The notes beneath the pieces are model-generated. The model saw only the letters and a program-made list of their open reading frames with translations. It ran no database searches and was not told the DNA's origin. Shown one piece after another: positions 27,161 to 39,995 of a DNA stretch of 64,000 bases. The DNA is from Octopus sinensis. Taxonomy: Eukaryota. Within the stretch, counting starts at the first letter, position 1, and each line of letters begins with the position of its first letter. The position numbers and the translations under genes are program-made. The DNA is taken from positions 11,208-75,207 of the forward strand of contig NW_021836294.1 in assembly GCF_006345805.1 (NCBI RefSeq). The letters are read 5' to 3'.

Positions 27161-28678
27161 TATATAATGCGTAATCTTCCGTGCCGGAAGCGAACATCTC
27201 AAGAAATACTCAATCCTGGATAATGCTTCCTAGCATATCTGAACGTAAAGCTAAAGAAAGAAAAAATTTGCTTCCTCAAAAGATTTAAGATGTGTATGTT
27301 CTGTGACGTATCTAGTTGGGAGAAGGGTTGGGGGCGATCTGATTGCTCCATGCAACGCATGTACGGAACAGGTCTTGGTGTCCGTGAGGAAGAGGTCAAA
27401 AATCAAAGGTCTGTCCCGGGTGCCGCACCCTCTAGCTACGTGGGAGAATAAGTTTACGTATGGCGAGTATCTTCGCTCAGTTTTCAGTTTGAGGATATCT
27501 TGTCCTTCTGTCCCTCCTTTCCATTGTATTCAGAGACCCTGAAAGGGGTCACAGACATTGCCCTCTCCGTTGACGAAGTGATTGGATAATGAGGCTTTTT
27601 GGGTTCATTGCGGAACCGCTACCGTCTCGCTTTCTCTCTCGCTCTCTCTTCCCTTCTCTCGCTCTCTTCCACTCTCTCGCTCTCTTACACACACACACAC
27701 ATACGCACACACCTTTCGAGTCACACACTTTGGTCTCAAAGGGGGACGGACACATTAGATAATATTGTCCTACACATACTATGTTTCAATAAGAGACAAG
27801 ATGGCCACCGTTGGAATGTCTTTATCATAACTTAATCAGGAATACCTTGTAATCAGTCAACTATTAAGATTCTGCTAATCCCAAACTAATTACAGTGGCC
27901 GTAATGGCGATGAGCCGGCAGAATCGTTAGCGCGATGGACGAAATGTGCGGCGGCATTTCGTCCAGTTCCTTACGTTCTGAGTTCAAATTCCGCCATGGT
28001 CGATTCTACCTTCATAAAATAATATACTAGTCAAGTAGTGGTGAGAGGAGGGACACACATACGATCTAATCACTTAACTCCTACCCTCAAAACTGCTGGC
28101 CTTGTGCCAAAATTTGAAATAATTACGATGGTTATAAATTGCAATTACCAGAAAGAATTTTCATGTGAATGCTCAAGCTGGAATTGATCCCTTATCGCTG
28201 ATTCGTCTTACCGGTAGTTTAGCTTAGCCTTACCCGCTATTCTTTTAAACACAGTACAAAAGAAAAAGGAAAAAAAATACAAAATAACTGTCTAAATTAG
28301 CTGTTAAATGATACGATAAAAAAGTTATACATAACATTTATCTCTTTACAAATCCCCTAACCTTATTTTCCCTCGCCCCCATATCATACGAACCCTATTC
28401 TTAGCCATAATAAGATCCTTATTTTAGAGACTTGATTACTTTGTATGTTTAAACAAGATAAGGAAACTACGGGACACACATATTTCCCTTGATAGGAGAG
28501 GTTTTCTGCTGTTATCTTTCTCCACTTAAAAACCTTTGTTGTGTCCCTTTGTCATGTTATCTCACGAATATAAACACAATATAAACATTTATTTCGCCGT
28601 CGTGTATTATCAGGAACTGAAAAGTAGAGTTGTTCGTGCGAGTGGCAGAGACAGAAGGGAAGTTGGATAAAAATTCTA

Positions 28679-29099
28679 GGATTTTTTCGGTTTGAACGGC
28701 AGTTTTTCCTAGCGGTGTCATATGAAATTGTCACCCATAATTATGACCCTAGTATCGATCTATTGCATTTCAATCTGTTTTAGGGTTAGAGTTAGGGTTA
28801 GGGGTGGGGGAAGGGTATCTTTTTTTTTCAGAAATGTAAATAAACCCAATCTGTTTCTTAAACGAGGGACATATTCATACGGCACAGAATGCTTTTTAAC
28901 TCAATAGACGTCACTGATTGGTTGAAATTGCAGAAATTGAAGAAAAAGACAACAAATATCTTACAAACTATAGAATTTTCTCAATAAAGCTAAGAGAAAA
29001 AGATGTTTTATAAACACATTCTACCAGTATACGAAGTTTAAAAGTGTTTAATTAACTAGAAATTGTGTTAAAAAACTGCCGTTCAAACCAAAAAGATCC
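28679..29099. mobile_element. MITE with GGAT termini and 8-bp TSD (possibly Merlin-like)
   Basis: ~28-bp TIRs ggattttttcggtttgaacggcagttttt / aaaaactgccgttcaaaccaaaaagatcc. TSD aaattcta at 28671-28678 and 29100-29107. Internal ttaggg repeats. Confidence 0.85.
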
Positions 29100-29819
29100 A
29101 AATTCTATACAGTTGATGTTGCTTGAGAAGTCGAATAATAATAATTAAGGACCAACCATGAAATATATACTGGAGTGGATTCGATGACTGAGATGTAAAA
29201 AATTAAATAAACGAGGTCCGTCTTTTGCTAATTTTACAAATCGATATTGTAGTTAATAAGACCAATGGTGGTGGTGGTATGGAATAAGGAGCAGGGGGAG
29301 GATAATAATAGTGGTTTCAAATTGTACCACAAAGGCAGCAATTTTGGGGGAGGAAGATAGTCGATGACATAGACCCCAATAGGTTGAAAGGCAAAGTCGA
29401 CCTCGGCGGAATTTGAACTCAGAACATACAGACGGTCGAAATGCCGCTAAGTATTTGCGCTAGCGTCCTAATAATAAGATCCATGTCAACTTGATAACGT
29501 CTAGGATTCTTTTAATAAATTCCAGAGCTTCTTTGGTCAAAAGTTAGGATCAAAACACTTAGGTATACTGGTGATTAGTATTAATCATATCTGGCAAGGT
29601 TCTATTTCTGATGACCTCATATGTTAAGTTAGAGGTTAGAGACCAAAACAGGAGATTCTTGTGAAAATGTCGAGTGTTCATGAGATAATCTCTTATTTTA
29701 AAATCTACTTATACTTTATTTTCTAACATTTTCCTGTACAAAATATTTTCTAGTTTAAGTTCTAAACACAATTTCGTGTGATTCATACTTATATATTCAT
29801 ACTTATATATTCATACATA

Positions 29820-30220
29820 GGCGCTGGAGTGGCTGTGTGGTAAGTAGCTTGCTTACCAACCACATGGTTCCGGGTTCAGTCCCACTGCGCGGCTTCTTGG
29901 GCAAGTGTCTTCTGCTATAGCCCCGGGCCGACCAATGCCTTGTGAGTGGATTTGGTAGACGGAAACTGAAAGAAGCCTGTCGTATATATGTATATATTTA
30001 TATGTATGTGTGTGTGCCTGTCTTTGTACCCCTAGCATTGCTTGACAACCGATACTGGTGTGTTTACGTCCCCGTCACTTAGCGGTTCGGCAAAAAGAGA
30101 CCGATAGAATAAGTACTGGGCTTACAAAGAATAAGTCCCGGGGTCGAGTTGCTCGATTAAAGGCGGTGCTCCAGCATGGCCGCAGTCAAATGACTGAAAC
30201 AAGTAAGAGAGTAAGAGAGA
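29820..30220 (+). mobile_element. SINE family A, full length
   Basis: Matches consensus from head to tail. Confidence 0.9.
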
Positions 30221-31009
30221 ATATATTGTCGAATAGCCCTGATATTAATATTCGACTAGCATTTAAAATATGGGTGAATTTAGGGATTTAAATTCAAGAC
30301 GTAAAATAGAAAAATGCAACTAAAAACTGAAAGACAGTTTGTCCGGATCTCTGTCGATTCTTCCATTAACCAGCCTCAATTTTCTATGAAGAAAATATAT
30401 CCGTTTCCTTGCTGTGCAGCAATAAAGCCAGCTGGTCTTGATCAGATATCAGCTGATGTTCACAAGAGAAAGAGAGAGCACTTTACATTCACACATTCAT
30501 TACCAAGATATGACAGGAAGTTTAATTATCCTCTGAACTTAGATGTATTCGTTGTCAACTTTCGGGAAGAAGAGTGGCAGATTTGCATTCAGAAACGACT
30601 TGCGTTTCACTCTGAACAGGAGGAGGAGGGGCGAGGGACAGAGCAAAGATGAGCTGCAATCAATCTTGTGAAAAACTAGGATTCTTTCTGTAGTTCTCCA
30701 TTTACACTTTATGTAAAGTTATCTATCCCACAAGTTCTGAAATTTGCAAATAACTGTCCCCTCTCCACACAAGGGATTTTTAAACCCCTTCTTCTTTATT
30801 AATGGGATCATAGAACAGGTTCTGCTTCCATATATATAGGCGCAGGAGTGGCTGTGTGGTAAGTAGCTTGTCTACCAACCACATGGTTCCGGGTTCAGTC
30901 CCACTGCGTGGCACCTTGGGCAAGTATCTTCTACTATAGCCTCGGGCCGACCAAAACCTTGTGAGTGGATTTGGTAGACGGAAACTGAAAGAAGCCAGTC
31001 GTATATATG

Positions 31010-31042
<33 letters not shown>

Positions 31043-31046
<4 letters not shown>

Positions 31047-31425
31047 CAGTATCGCCCGGCGTTGCTCGGGTTTGTAAGGGACTAATATAAGCAGAGTAGA
31101 GAGTTAAAACAAAAAATGCATTAAAAATGGAAAAAAAATGATGGTAATTTTTTTTTAAATCGTTGACTCATCGTAGACATTTTTAGAGAGTTACTTCCCT
31201 TATATAATAGCGAAAAAATGCATCAAAATGGAAAAAAATGATGGTAAATTATTTTTAAAATCGTAGACTCATCGTAGACGCGCGCTAATACCCAGAAGGG
31301 CTCGATATGAATCACGACTATAAGATACCCGCTTTTGGTTACACTGCACCGCAAAATGTGGGAGTAGTTAGGAATCTAAATCGTAGGAGACAGACATCAC
31401 ACAACCTCTCTTTTATATATAAAGA
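31043..31425 (-). mobile_element. Non-autonomous Helitron (same family as 12249-12642)
   Basis: Minus strand starts TCtttatatataaaag and ends hairpin + ctgcta. Confidence 0.85.
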
Positions 31426-31599
31426 TTAAGCCAAATGAATGTAGTTCATACTGCTTATAGTTTTATTGTTACTCACTATATAGGCTTGATGAACCCTCTT
31501 CATGTTCATACTTTCTATATTGGCTGCGACTTTTTGTATTTTTTACGTATCAGTTTGTATTTTCTCTGGATATATGCCCGTATTTACTTGTAGCGTATA

Positions 31600-31963
31600 C
31601 TAGCAGTATCGCCCGGCGTTGCTCAGGTTTGTAAGGGAATAACTATAAAGCATTTTTAGAGTTATAGCCAAAAATAGCAAAAAATGGAAAAAATGATGTA
31701 AATTTTTTTTTGAGTAAAAAAGTTTGAGTTGCGTCCCCTATACAGTCTGTGGTTTATTTTTTTTTGATTCTCGACCCCATGTCGAATTTATCGATTTTTT
31801 TCAGAACTGGGGGAACTTTTCAAAATTTTCGCTGCGTTAGTTTTGAATTATGACATTGGGCTATGTGTTGTCAAGTTTCATCAGAATCGGTTGACAGCCG
31901 TGGTCAGGTGAGGGTACGAGAAAACAGACACACAGAAACACGCACAGACAAACTGCCGTTTAT

Positions 31964-31968
<5 letters not shown>
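31600..31968 (-). mobile_element. Non-autonomous Helitron (different body, same 3' end)
   Basis: ctagcagtatcgcccggcgttgctc terminus. Confidence 0.8.
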
Positions 31969-32000
<32 letters not shown>

Positions 32001-32278
32001 TGTGTGTGTTTGTCTGTGTTTGTCCCCTAGCATTGCTTGACAACCGATGCTGGTGTGTTTATGTCCCCGTTACTTAGCGGTTCGGCAAAAGAGACCGATA
32101 GAATAAGTACTGGGCTTACAAAAAGAATAAGTCCCGGGGTCGAGTTGCTCGATTAAAGGCGGTGCTCCAGCATGGCCGCAGTCAAATGACTGAAACAAGT
32201 AAAAGAGTAAAAGAGTATATAATTCTTTCTTCACCATGTTTTAAAACCAAGTTAAAAACCATCCAACATTATTATATA

Positions 32279-32631
32279 CAAGCACTATGACCCGGCAAAG
32301 CTAGTGCATGCATATACAGCTGCGTGCGTGCGCACATACACGCGAGTACTGTCCAAATCTCCGACCAATCACATACAGCTAGCTGACATTCAATTGGCGT
32401 ATCAAGTTTTGGGCATTTTGATTGGGTTTTGGATAGAAAATTCACAAAAAAGTCACTTCTATTGATTTTTTTTCATGGCTTTGCGGGGTGACTGGCGAAA
32501 TGTAAAGATGTGCACGACCACCCTTGGATGGTTTTGAATGACCATAGAAAGTGCGAGCCCTCTAACTGAAAAATTGTGGATTTGTATAAAGGATACACAC
32601 ACTGACATTTTGCCGTTTATATATCTAGAGA
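32279..32631 (-). mobile_element. Helitron-like element, diverged
   Basis: 5' end (minus strand) TCtctagatatataaacggca resembles the 31600-31968 element; degenerate 3' end. Confidence 0.5.
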
Positions 32632-33335
32632 TAATTTTCTATTCTCCAACTTCAGCTTTCGATTAAGTAAACCAAGAAACCAAATATACTTCTTAATCAC
32701 CAAGGAAACAAATTGGATAAGAAGATGGTGGTGAAAAACTCTTTTCTTGATAAAAGACTTAGATTAGTATTTAGGGATTTCAAAGTAGGATTTAGATGGT
32801 CCCAAAGACAGAAGTCGATCTGGAGAAGGAGAACATGGAAGAGAGTTTTCAACTTGCAATGCGTTGAAACAAATATTAAAACAGCTAGCTATGTATCATA
32901 CTTAACGTGAATACGTCATTACAAGGCAAGTTACCGTGGTATTCGTCCAGAAATAACATCTTTTACGGGTCTGTTGTGCTTTAAAATACTATATATATCA
33001 GAGAGAAACGAAAATAGTCTCAGCAGCGGTCAGTGAGTATACTCGATGTATTCTGCTTTTGTGGCGTCGTCAATGGCGTATATTCTCAGCCATTCATATG
33101 CCTAGGTAAGATATGTAGTCTCCGATATAATGGGAAGCACTGCTTGAATATAAATTATGAGGAATTATGTTTCTCAAAACCATAAAGGAGAAAGCTGATT
33201 CGAAGACTACAGATCCAAACCATCACTGGAATTGTACAAATCTGTAAAACTTGCCAGAAGTTTATCGTTTAAGTATTATAATTGCGAATAAGCCCCAGCT
33301 GAATAAAAGTGTCACAGAAGCAGTATTAGATTAAA

Positions 33336-33566
33336 GGCGGCGAGCTGGCAGAACCGTTAGCACGCCGGGCGAAATGCTTAGCGGTATTTCGTCTGTCGCT
33401 AAGTTCTGAGTTCAAATTCCGCCGAGGTCGACTTTGCCTTTCATCCTTTCGGGGTCGATAAATTAAGTACCAGTTACGCACTGGGGTCGATATAATCGAC
33501 TTAATACCTATGTCTGTCCTTGTTTGTCCCCTCTGTGTTTAGCCCCTTGTGGGTAATAAAGAAATA
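33336..33566 (+). mobile_element. SINE family B, full-length monomer with TSD
   Basis: tRNA-like A box (tggcagaaccgttag) and B box (gagttcaaattcc). TSD agtattagattaaa at 33322-33335 and 33567-33580. Confidence 0.92.
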
Positions 33567-33806
33567 AGTATTAGATTAAAGGTATTAGTTGATGCCTTTG
33601 AGGAAATAGGATAGAAGATAGAAACCTATTGCGCAGGGGATAACTAGAAGGTCCTGCAAAATAAGTTTGCTTGTAGTGACTGACCAGACATGGCGAAGTA
33701 AACGTGAGGTAACCTCCTCGAATCACATCGACTCATAAGGGCCGGTTTCCTGATTCCACGGCGTATATATTACCCACCTGGATAGGACGCCAGTCCGTCG
33801 CAGGTT

Positions 33807-33845
<39 letters not shown>

Positions 33846-33846
<1 letters not shown>

Positions 33847-34201
33847 TATTTGTTTCAGTCATTTAACTGTGGCCATGCTGGAGCACCACCTTTAGTCGAG
33901 CAAATCGACCCAGAACTTATTCATTTTAAACGTAGTACTTATTCTATCGGTCTCTTTTGCAGAACCACTAAGTTACGGAGACGTAAACATACCAGCATCG
34001 GGTGGGGGGCGGTGTAGAGGGAAAGTCGATAAGATCGAACCCAGTGTTCATCGGTCCTCGAAAGGATGAAAAGTTTCCGTCTGCCAAATCTACTCACAAG
34101 GCTTCGGTCACTCCGAGGCAGTAGTAGAAGACACTTGCCCATAGTGCCGCGCAGTAGGATTGAACCCAGAACAATGTGGTTGGGAAGCAAGCATATATAT
34201 A

Positions 34202-34251
<50 letters not shown>

Positions 34252-34430
34252 ACACACACACACACATACACACGACGGGGTTCTTTCTGTTTCTGTCTAC
34301 GAAATCCACTGACAAGATTTTGTCAGCTCTGGGCTATAGTAAAACACATTTGACCAAGGTACCTTCCAAGGTGCAGTGCAGTTGGACCGAACCCAAAACT
34401 ACGTGGTTGAGAAGTAAGTTTCTTATAAAA
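33846..34430 (-). mobile_element. Rearranged and diverged SINE family A pieces
   Basis: Family A blocks with internal deletions. Confidence 0.7.
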
Positions 34431-35054
34431 CAACCATATATATATATGTACACGTGCTTAACACACATGTATGTGTATGTATGAATGCGTATGTATGCAT
34501 GAATGCGTATGTTGTGTTTGTATATCACAACGATGTGTGGATCATCTAACAAGAATTGATCGCATATCTAGTGTCCTTTTTTTTTTAATTTCATCAAATA
34601 TTGAAAAATCTTATGAAATGATCATTATTTTATTATTTTATTGATATTGAAATCGACGCGGAATTTTTTCATCGTATGTCTACTGCCAGAAAAACAATCT
34701 TTAATCCAGAAGTGATATACTCTACAGTACATCATTCACTGAAAGATACAAGGATATTCTTAAAACCTATCACAGGATGAGCGATATATAAAGAAAAATA
34801 CGGACGCTGACTGTGGAGCTTGAAGATCAATATGTCGGAGTGACATCGAGAAGACAGAGCCGGAACTCGATTTACGTTACCAAGACAAAACACAAAGGCA
34901 GCTGGCAGGTAATCGATGACAAATCAGGTGATACAAAATACAAACCTGCTCTCGATAAAACAATATGATCGAAAATTTAATTACTCATCAGGAGAGATAA
35001 ATTGGGATTTGACATTAAAGAAACTGGTTAACTTCTATTTAAACTATATGTACG

Positions 35055-35326
35055 ATAATGGTTTCCAATTTTGCCACAAGGGCAGCCATTCTTTGGGTGG
35101 TGGGGAGAGGAGTAGTCATTTAATAATGGTTTCCAATTTTGCCACAAGGGCAACCATTCTTTGGGTGGTGGGGAGAGGAGTAGTCGTTTAATAATGGTTT
35201 CCAATTTTGCCACAAGGGCAACCATTCTTTGGGTGGTGGGGAGAGGAGTAGTCGTTTAATAATGGTTTCCAATTTTGCCACAAGGGCAACCATTCTTTGG
35301 GTGGTGGAGAGAGGAGTAGTCGTTTA
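35055..35326. repeat. 68-bp tandem repeat x4 derived from a SINE tail
   Basis: Units start at 35055, 35123, 35191 and 35259; the array runs into family B sequence at about 35327. Confidence 0.9.
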
Positions 35327-35494
35327 AATCGACGCCAGTGCGTAACTGGTACTTAATTTATCGGGACCGCGATCCTACGTCCGCGAGTCCGTTGCCCTAA
35401 CCACGGGGCCATTGCGCCTCCACACGACTTACATAGAATACAAGTACCAGTATATATACACGTACGTACATATATATTACATATGTGTGCAGGT

Positions 35495-36130
35495 GTATGT
35501 GTGTTTTTGTGTCTGTGTCTCCCTATCGCCACTTGACAACCGGTGCTGGTGTGTTTACGTCCCCATAATCTAGCGGTTCGAGAAAATACATCGATAGAAT
35601 AAGTACTAGGCCTCTTTAAAAAAATAGGTCCTAGGGTCGATTTATTCGACAAAAAAAAAACCTTCAAGGTGGTGCTCCAGCATGGCCGCAGTCAAATGAT
35701 TGAAACAAGTAAAAGAATAAAAATATATACACACAGGCGCAGGAGTGGCTGTGTGGTAAGTAGCTTGCTAACCAACCACATGGTTCTGGGTTCAGTCCCA
35801 CTGCGTGACACCTTGGGCAAATATCTTCTACTATAGCTTCGGGCCGACCAAAGCCTTGTGAGTGGATTTGGTAGACGGAAACTGAAAGAAGCCCGTCGTA
35901 TATATGTATATATATATATGTGCGTGTATGTTTGTGTGCCTGTGTTTGTCCCACTAGCATTGCTTGACAACCGATGCTGGTGTGTTTATGTCCCCGTCAC
36001 TTAGCGGTTCGGCAAAAGAGACCGATAGAATAAGTACTGGGCTTACAAAAAAGAATAAGTCCCGGGGTTGAGTTGCTCGATTAAAAGGCGGTGCTCCAGC
36101 ATGGCCGCAGTCAAATGACTGAAACAAGAA
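35495..36130 (+). mobile_element. SINE family A: partial copy followed by a full copy (35736-36130)
   Basis: Family consensus. Confidence 0.85.
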
Positions 36131-36189
36131 AAAAGAAAAAGAAAAGGAAAAACAGAAAGACAAACTTACAAATATGTACGCACACTGCA

Positions 36190-36426
36190 TGTGTGTGTGT
36201 GTGTACCTGTGTGTGTGTGTGTTTGTGTGTACCTCTGTGTGTGTGTGTGTGTGTGTTTGTGTGTGTGTATCTGTGTGTGTGTGTTTGTGTGTGTGTACCT
36301 GTGTGTGTGTGTGTGTGTGTTTGTGTGTGTGTATCTGTGTGTGTGTGTTTGTGTGTGTGTACCTGTGTGTGTGTGTGTGTGTGTGCCTGTGTGTGTGTAC
36401 CTGTATGTGTGTACCTGTGTGTGTGT
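36190..36426. repeat. (TG)n compound microsatellite
   Basis: Direct observation. Confidence 0.95.
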
Positions 36427-36943
36427 AATGTTATAGAGCAAAACATGCGAAGTGCATATTGCATGCGTCCTCTGCCTGTCAAACAAATGTACAGTAATAT
36501 AAGTATTGGTGACATGTGTCACATGCTGTGAACCTAAAAATCGCAGTTGCAACATTTTAGAATAGAAAGGGCAAACGTTTATCCAGACGAGCAATTTTCT
36601 TGCCACGAATGGCTAAAACAATTCTTCCAGCATTCAACGAGTGTCACCAACATTCAGTCTGCAGGGCCAAATGTCGTTAAACAAAACCTTAGTGAGAGTC
36701 TCGACTGATTCACATTAAAACCAGGCAACAATATGTCGCGTAATTTGACATCCGAGATGCAAGAGATAACAGAACGTTCGGTTTAGGAGATAATTAACAG
36801 TTACGAAAACTTGTCATCAAGAGAAAAAAAAATGCATAGATTGGAGATAACAAAATAACTAGATGCAATATGGTGAGTCTACACACACGCACACACTTGA
36901 GCGAACTTGACTACTCAGTCAAACTTCCGTGCATATAAATATA

Positions 36944-37370
36944 TATTTCTTTACGACCCACAAGGGGCTAAGCATAGAGGGGACAAACAAGGTCAGACAA
37001 AGGGATTAAGTCGATTACATCGACCCCAGTGCGAAACTGGTACTTTATTTATCGGCCCCAAGAGGATGAAAGGCAGAGTCGACCTCGGTGGAATTTGAAC
37101 TCAGAACGTAACGACAGACGAAATACCTATTTCTTTATTACCCACAAGGGGCTAAACATATAGGGGACAAACGGATTAAGTCTATTATATCGATATAAGG
37201 ATTAAGTCGATTACATCGACCCCAGTGCGAAACTGGTACTTTATTTATCGGCCCCCAAGAGGATGAAAGGCAAAGTCGACCTCGGCGGTATTTGAACTCA
37301 GAACGTAACGACAGACGAAATACCGCTAAGCATTTCGCCCGGCGTGCTAACGTTTCTGCCAGCTCGCCGC
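36944..37370 (-). mobile_element. SINE family B, head + 2 bodies
   Basis: Family consensus. Confidence 0.9.
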
Positions 37371-37483
37371 CTCGTGCATATAAATATATATACATACATA
37401 TATAAATGCCAACGCATGAAACTTGCGGACCCTGAGTCTTCTATATATGTGTGTGCGTGTCTGTGTGTGTGACAAGAAATAAT

Positions 37484-38282
37484 GGATCTTTTCCTTTTGA
37501 ACGGCACTTTGTAACACAATTTCTAGTTAACTAAACACTTTTAAACTTCGTATACTGGTAGAATGTGTTTATAAAACATCATTTTTTCTTGACTTTATTG
37601 AGAAAATTCTATAGTTTGTAAGATATTTCGTCTTTAATTTCGAGCATTTCGGCAATTTTAACCAATCGCTGACCTCCATTTAGGTAAACAACATTCCGTG
37701 CTGTCCCTCCTTTAAGAAACAGATTGGGTTTATTTACATTTGCGAAGAAAAAAGATACCCTAACCCTAACTCACCCTAACTCTAACCCTAAATCTAAAAT
37801 AGATTGAAATGCAATGGATCGATACTAGGGTTATAATTATGGGTGACAATTTCATACGACACCGCAACGGAAAATGGGATTTTTTTCTATTGGTGTCAAA
37901 TGAAAATGTCACCCATAATTATAACCCTAGTATCGATCTATTGCATTTCAATCTATTTTTAGATTTAGGGTTAGAGTTAGGGTGAGTTAGGGTTAGGGTA
38001 TCTTTTTTCTTCACAAATGTAAATAAACCCAATCTGTTTCTTAAAGGAGGGACATATTCATACAGCACGGAATGTTGTTTACCTAAATGGAGGTCAGCGA
38101 TTGGTTAAAATTGCCGAAATGCTCGAAATTAAAGATGAAATATCTTACAAACTATAGAATTTTCTCAATAAAGTCAAGAAAAAATGATGTTTTATAAACA
38201 CATTCTACCAGTATACGAAGTTTAAAAGTGTTTAGTTAACAAGAAATTGTGTTGAAAAGTGCCGTTCAAAAGGAAAAGATCC
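37484..38282. mobile_element. ~800-bp palindromic (foldback) MITE
   Basis: ~380-bp near-perfect inverted arms starting ggatcttttccttttgaacggc. TSD gaaataat at 37476-37483 and 38283-38290. Confidence 0.9.
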
Positions 38283-38455
38283 GAAATAATTTTTGTCTCT
38301 TTTTATGGAAACAAAAGGGTTTATAGGACTACGAAAAAAGAAGTGCTCAAATGTAATTGAGATAAAGAAACATTGATCATAGAACAAACATCAAATTCGA
38401 GTCAACTACTTTATATATAACATCGTCCCTTATGAAACATTTCATCAAACATTTG

Positions 38456-38750
38456 CTTGTTCCTTCTCGAGCCATGCCTGGCTCATAAGGGCCGGTTTCC
38501 CGGTTTCCTTGGCGTATAGATTCTCCACCTGGACAGGACGCCAGTCCATTGCAGGTAAGCTGCAAGATGCAGGAGGAAAGAGTGAGAGAAAGTTGTGGCC
38601 AAAGAGTCAGCAGAAGTTCGCCATTACCTTCTGCCGGAGCCGCGTGGAGCTAAGGTGTTTCGCTCATAAACACACACATCGCCCGGTCTGAGATTCGAAC
38701 CCACGATCCCTCGACCGCTGCTCTAACCACTAGGCCATGTGCCTCCACTG
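38456..38750 (-). mobile_element. SINE family C with TSD
   Basis: TSD atcaaacatttg at 38444-38455 and 38751-38762. Confidence 0.9.
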
Positions 38751-39447
38751 ATCAAACATTTGATCATATATAAATATGACCATGGTTCTTAAACATAAAA
38801 TATAATCATACAAAAACACAGAAGATAAAAAATATCCATGCGAATAAAATACAAATATATAGAACGGCCCATCAAAAATTTAATACAATCGACTAAAAAT
38901 TCTAAAGCGTATCATGCAACTAAAAATCTAAAAATAAAATAAAATATCAATCGACTAAAAAAAATTATTTCACACAAAAGAGAACGTTCAAAAAGTTCAA
39001 TTCATAAAACGATGGTTGGTTAGAGTCCAGGAGCAAAAAGAGTTCCACAAAATCAAATCAAACACACCTCTGGCCATTTCAGGAGTTCATTGACGCAGTT
39101 CGATCACAAAATGTATCTTGGCAATGACCCCTTCATTATGATGAACAGGAAACACACACAAAACAAAACCAAAAATGAGTTGTTTTTTTTTATTGCCCAC
39201 TAGGGGGCCAACATAGAGGGGACAACACAATCTGATTTTAGGGGTCAGATGAAGCATTATGACATAACATTGAAATGCAATTAAAAATTTAATACAAGAC
39301 ATATAAACGTATGATAAACGAAAGACAAAACGAATGGAGGGGTGAGGTGGGTTCAGCTCCGACCCCACGAGTCCCAATCCACCACTCATATCAGCAATGT
39401 ACTCCTGACATGTTCACATGGCTTACATCCACTCGCAACACTTGTGC

Positions 39448-39643
39448 GGTACTACAAGCGAACAGTGGTCCCGGTGCGCGCACTTGCGCGTCCTCGCTAG
39501 CTAGTTGTAAGTAGTCGATCCTACAATTTTTTTAACTAAGTAAATAAATTATTTTTATAAACAAACTAGGGTTAGGGTTAAAAAATTAGGGTTAGGTTTA
39601 GGGTTAAAAAGTCGTAGGATCGACTACTTACGATAGTAGTACC
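39448..39643. mobile_element. MITE with GGTAC termini and 9-bp TSD
   Basis: TSD cacttgtgc at 39439-39447 and 39644-39652. Internal IR gtaagtagtcgatcctac; ttaggg repeats. Confidence 0.85.
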
Positions 39644-39995
39644 CACTTGTGCCACGTACTTCCGGTACAAGCATCATAGACTGGACCCGGTTTGCGCACA
39701 CGCGCGTCCGTGCTAGCCAGACGTAGGCAGTCGATCCTACGAGCTGACTGGCGCATGCACGATATATACGATATATATACTTGTATCGATATATACGATA
39801 TATACTTGTATACGATATATACAATTCTGCAACAAAAATTGGATGGCGCTCACGACGGAAGATTAGCCCAAGCTATACGTGTTGTTATCTGTGATTAGAC
39901 GTTGAAATTTTGTTGTGTAAAGTGATTAATATCGCGCGAGGCGTTTGCCTCCACGTGTGGAAACCTTCCGAAGAAGGTGAATTGACCCTCTAGTC

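Larger units (their letters stand above)
30839..32216 (+). mobile_element. SINE family A split by a two-Helitron insertion in its (TA)n tract
   Basis: 5' half at 30839-31005, 3' half at about 32000-32216. Confidence 0.85.

Noticed and set aside
29608-29645. Hammerhead candidate ctgatga-cctc...gagg
   Set aside because: No GAAA after the stem and no stem III or NUH.
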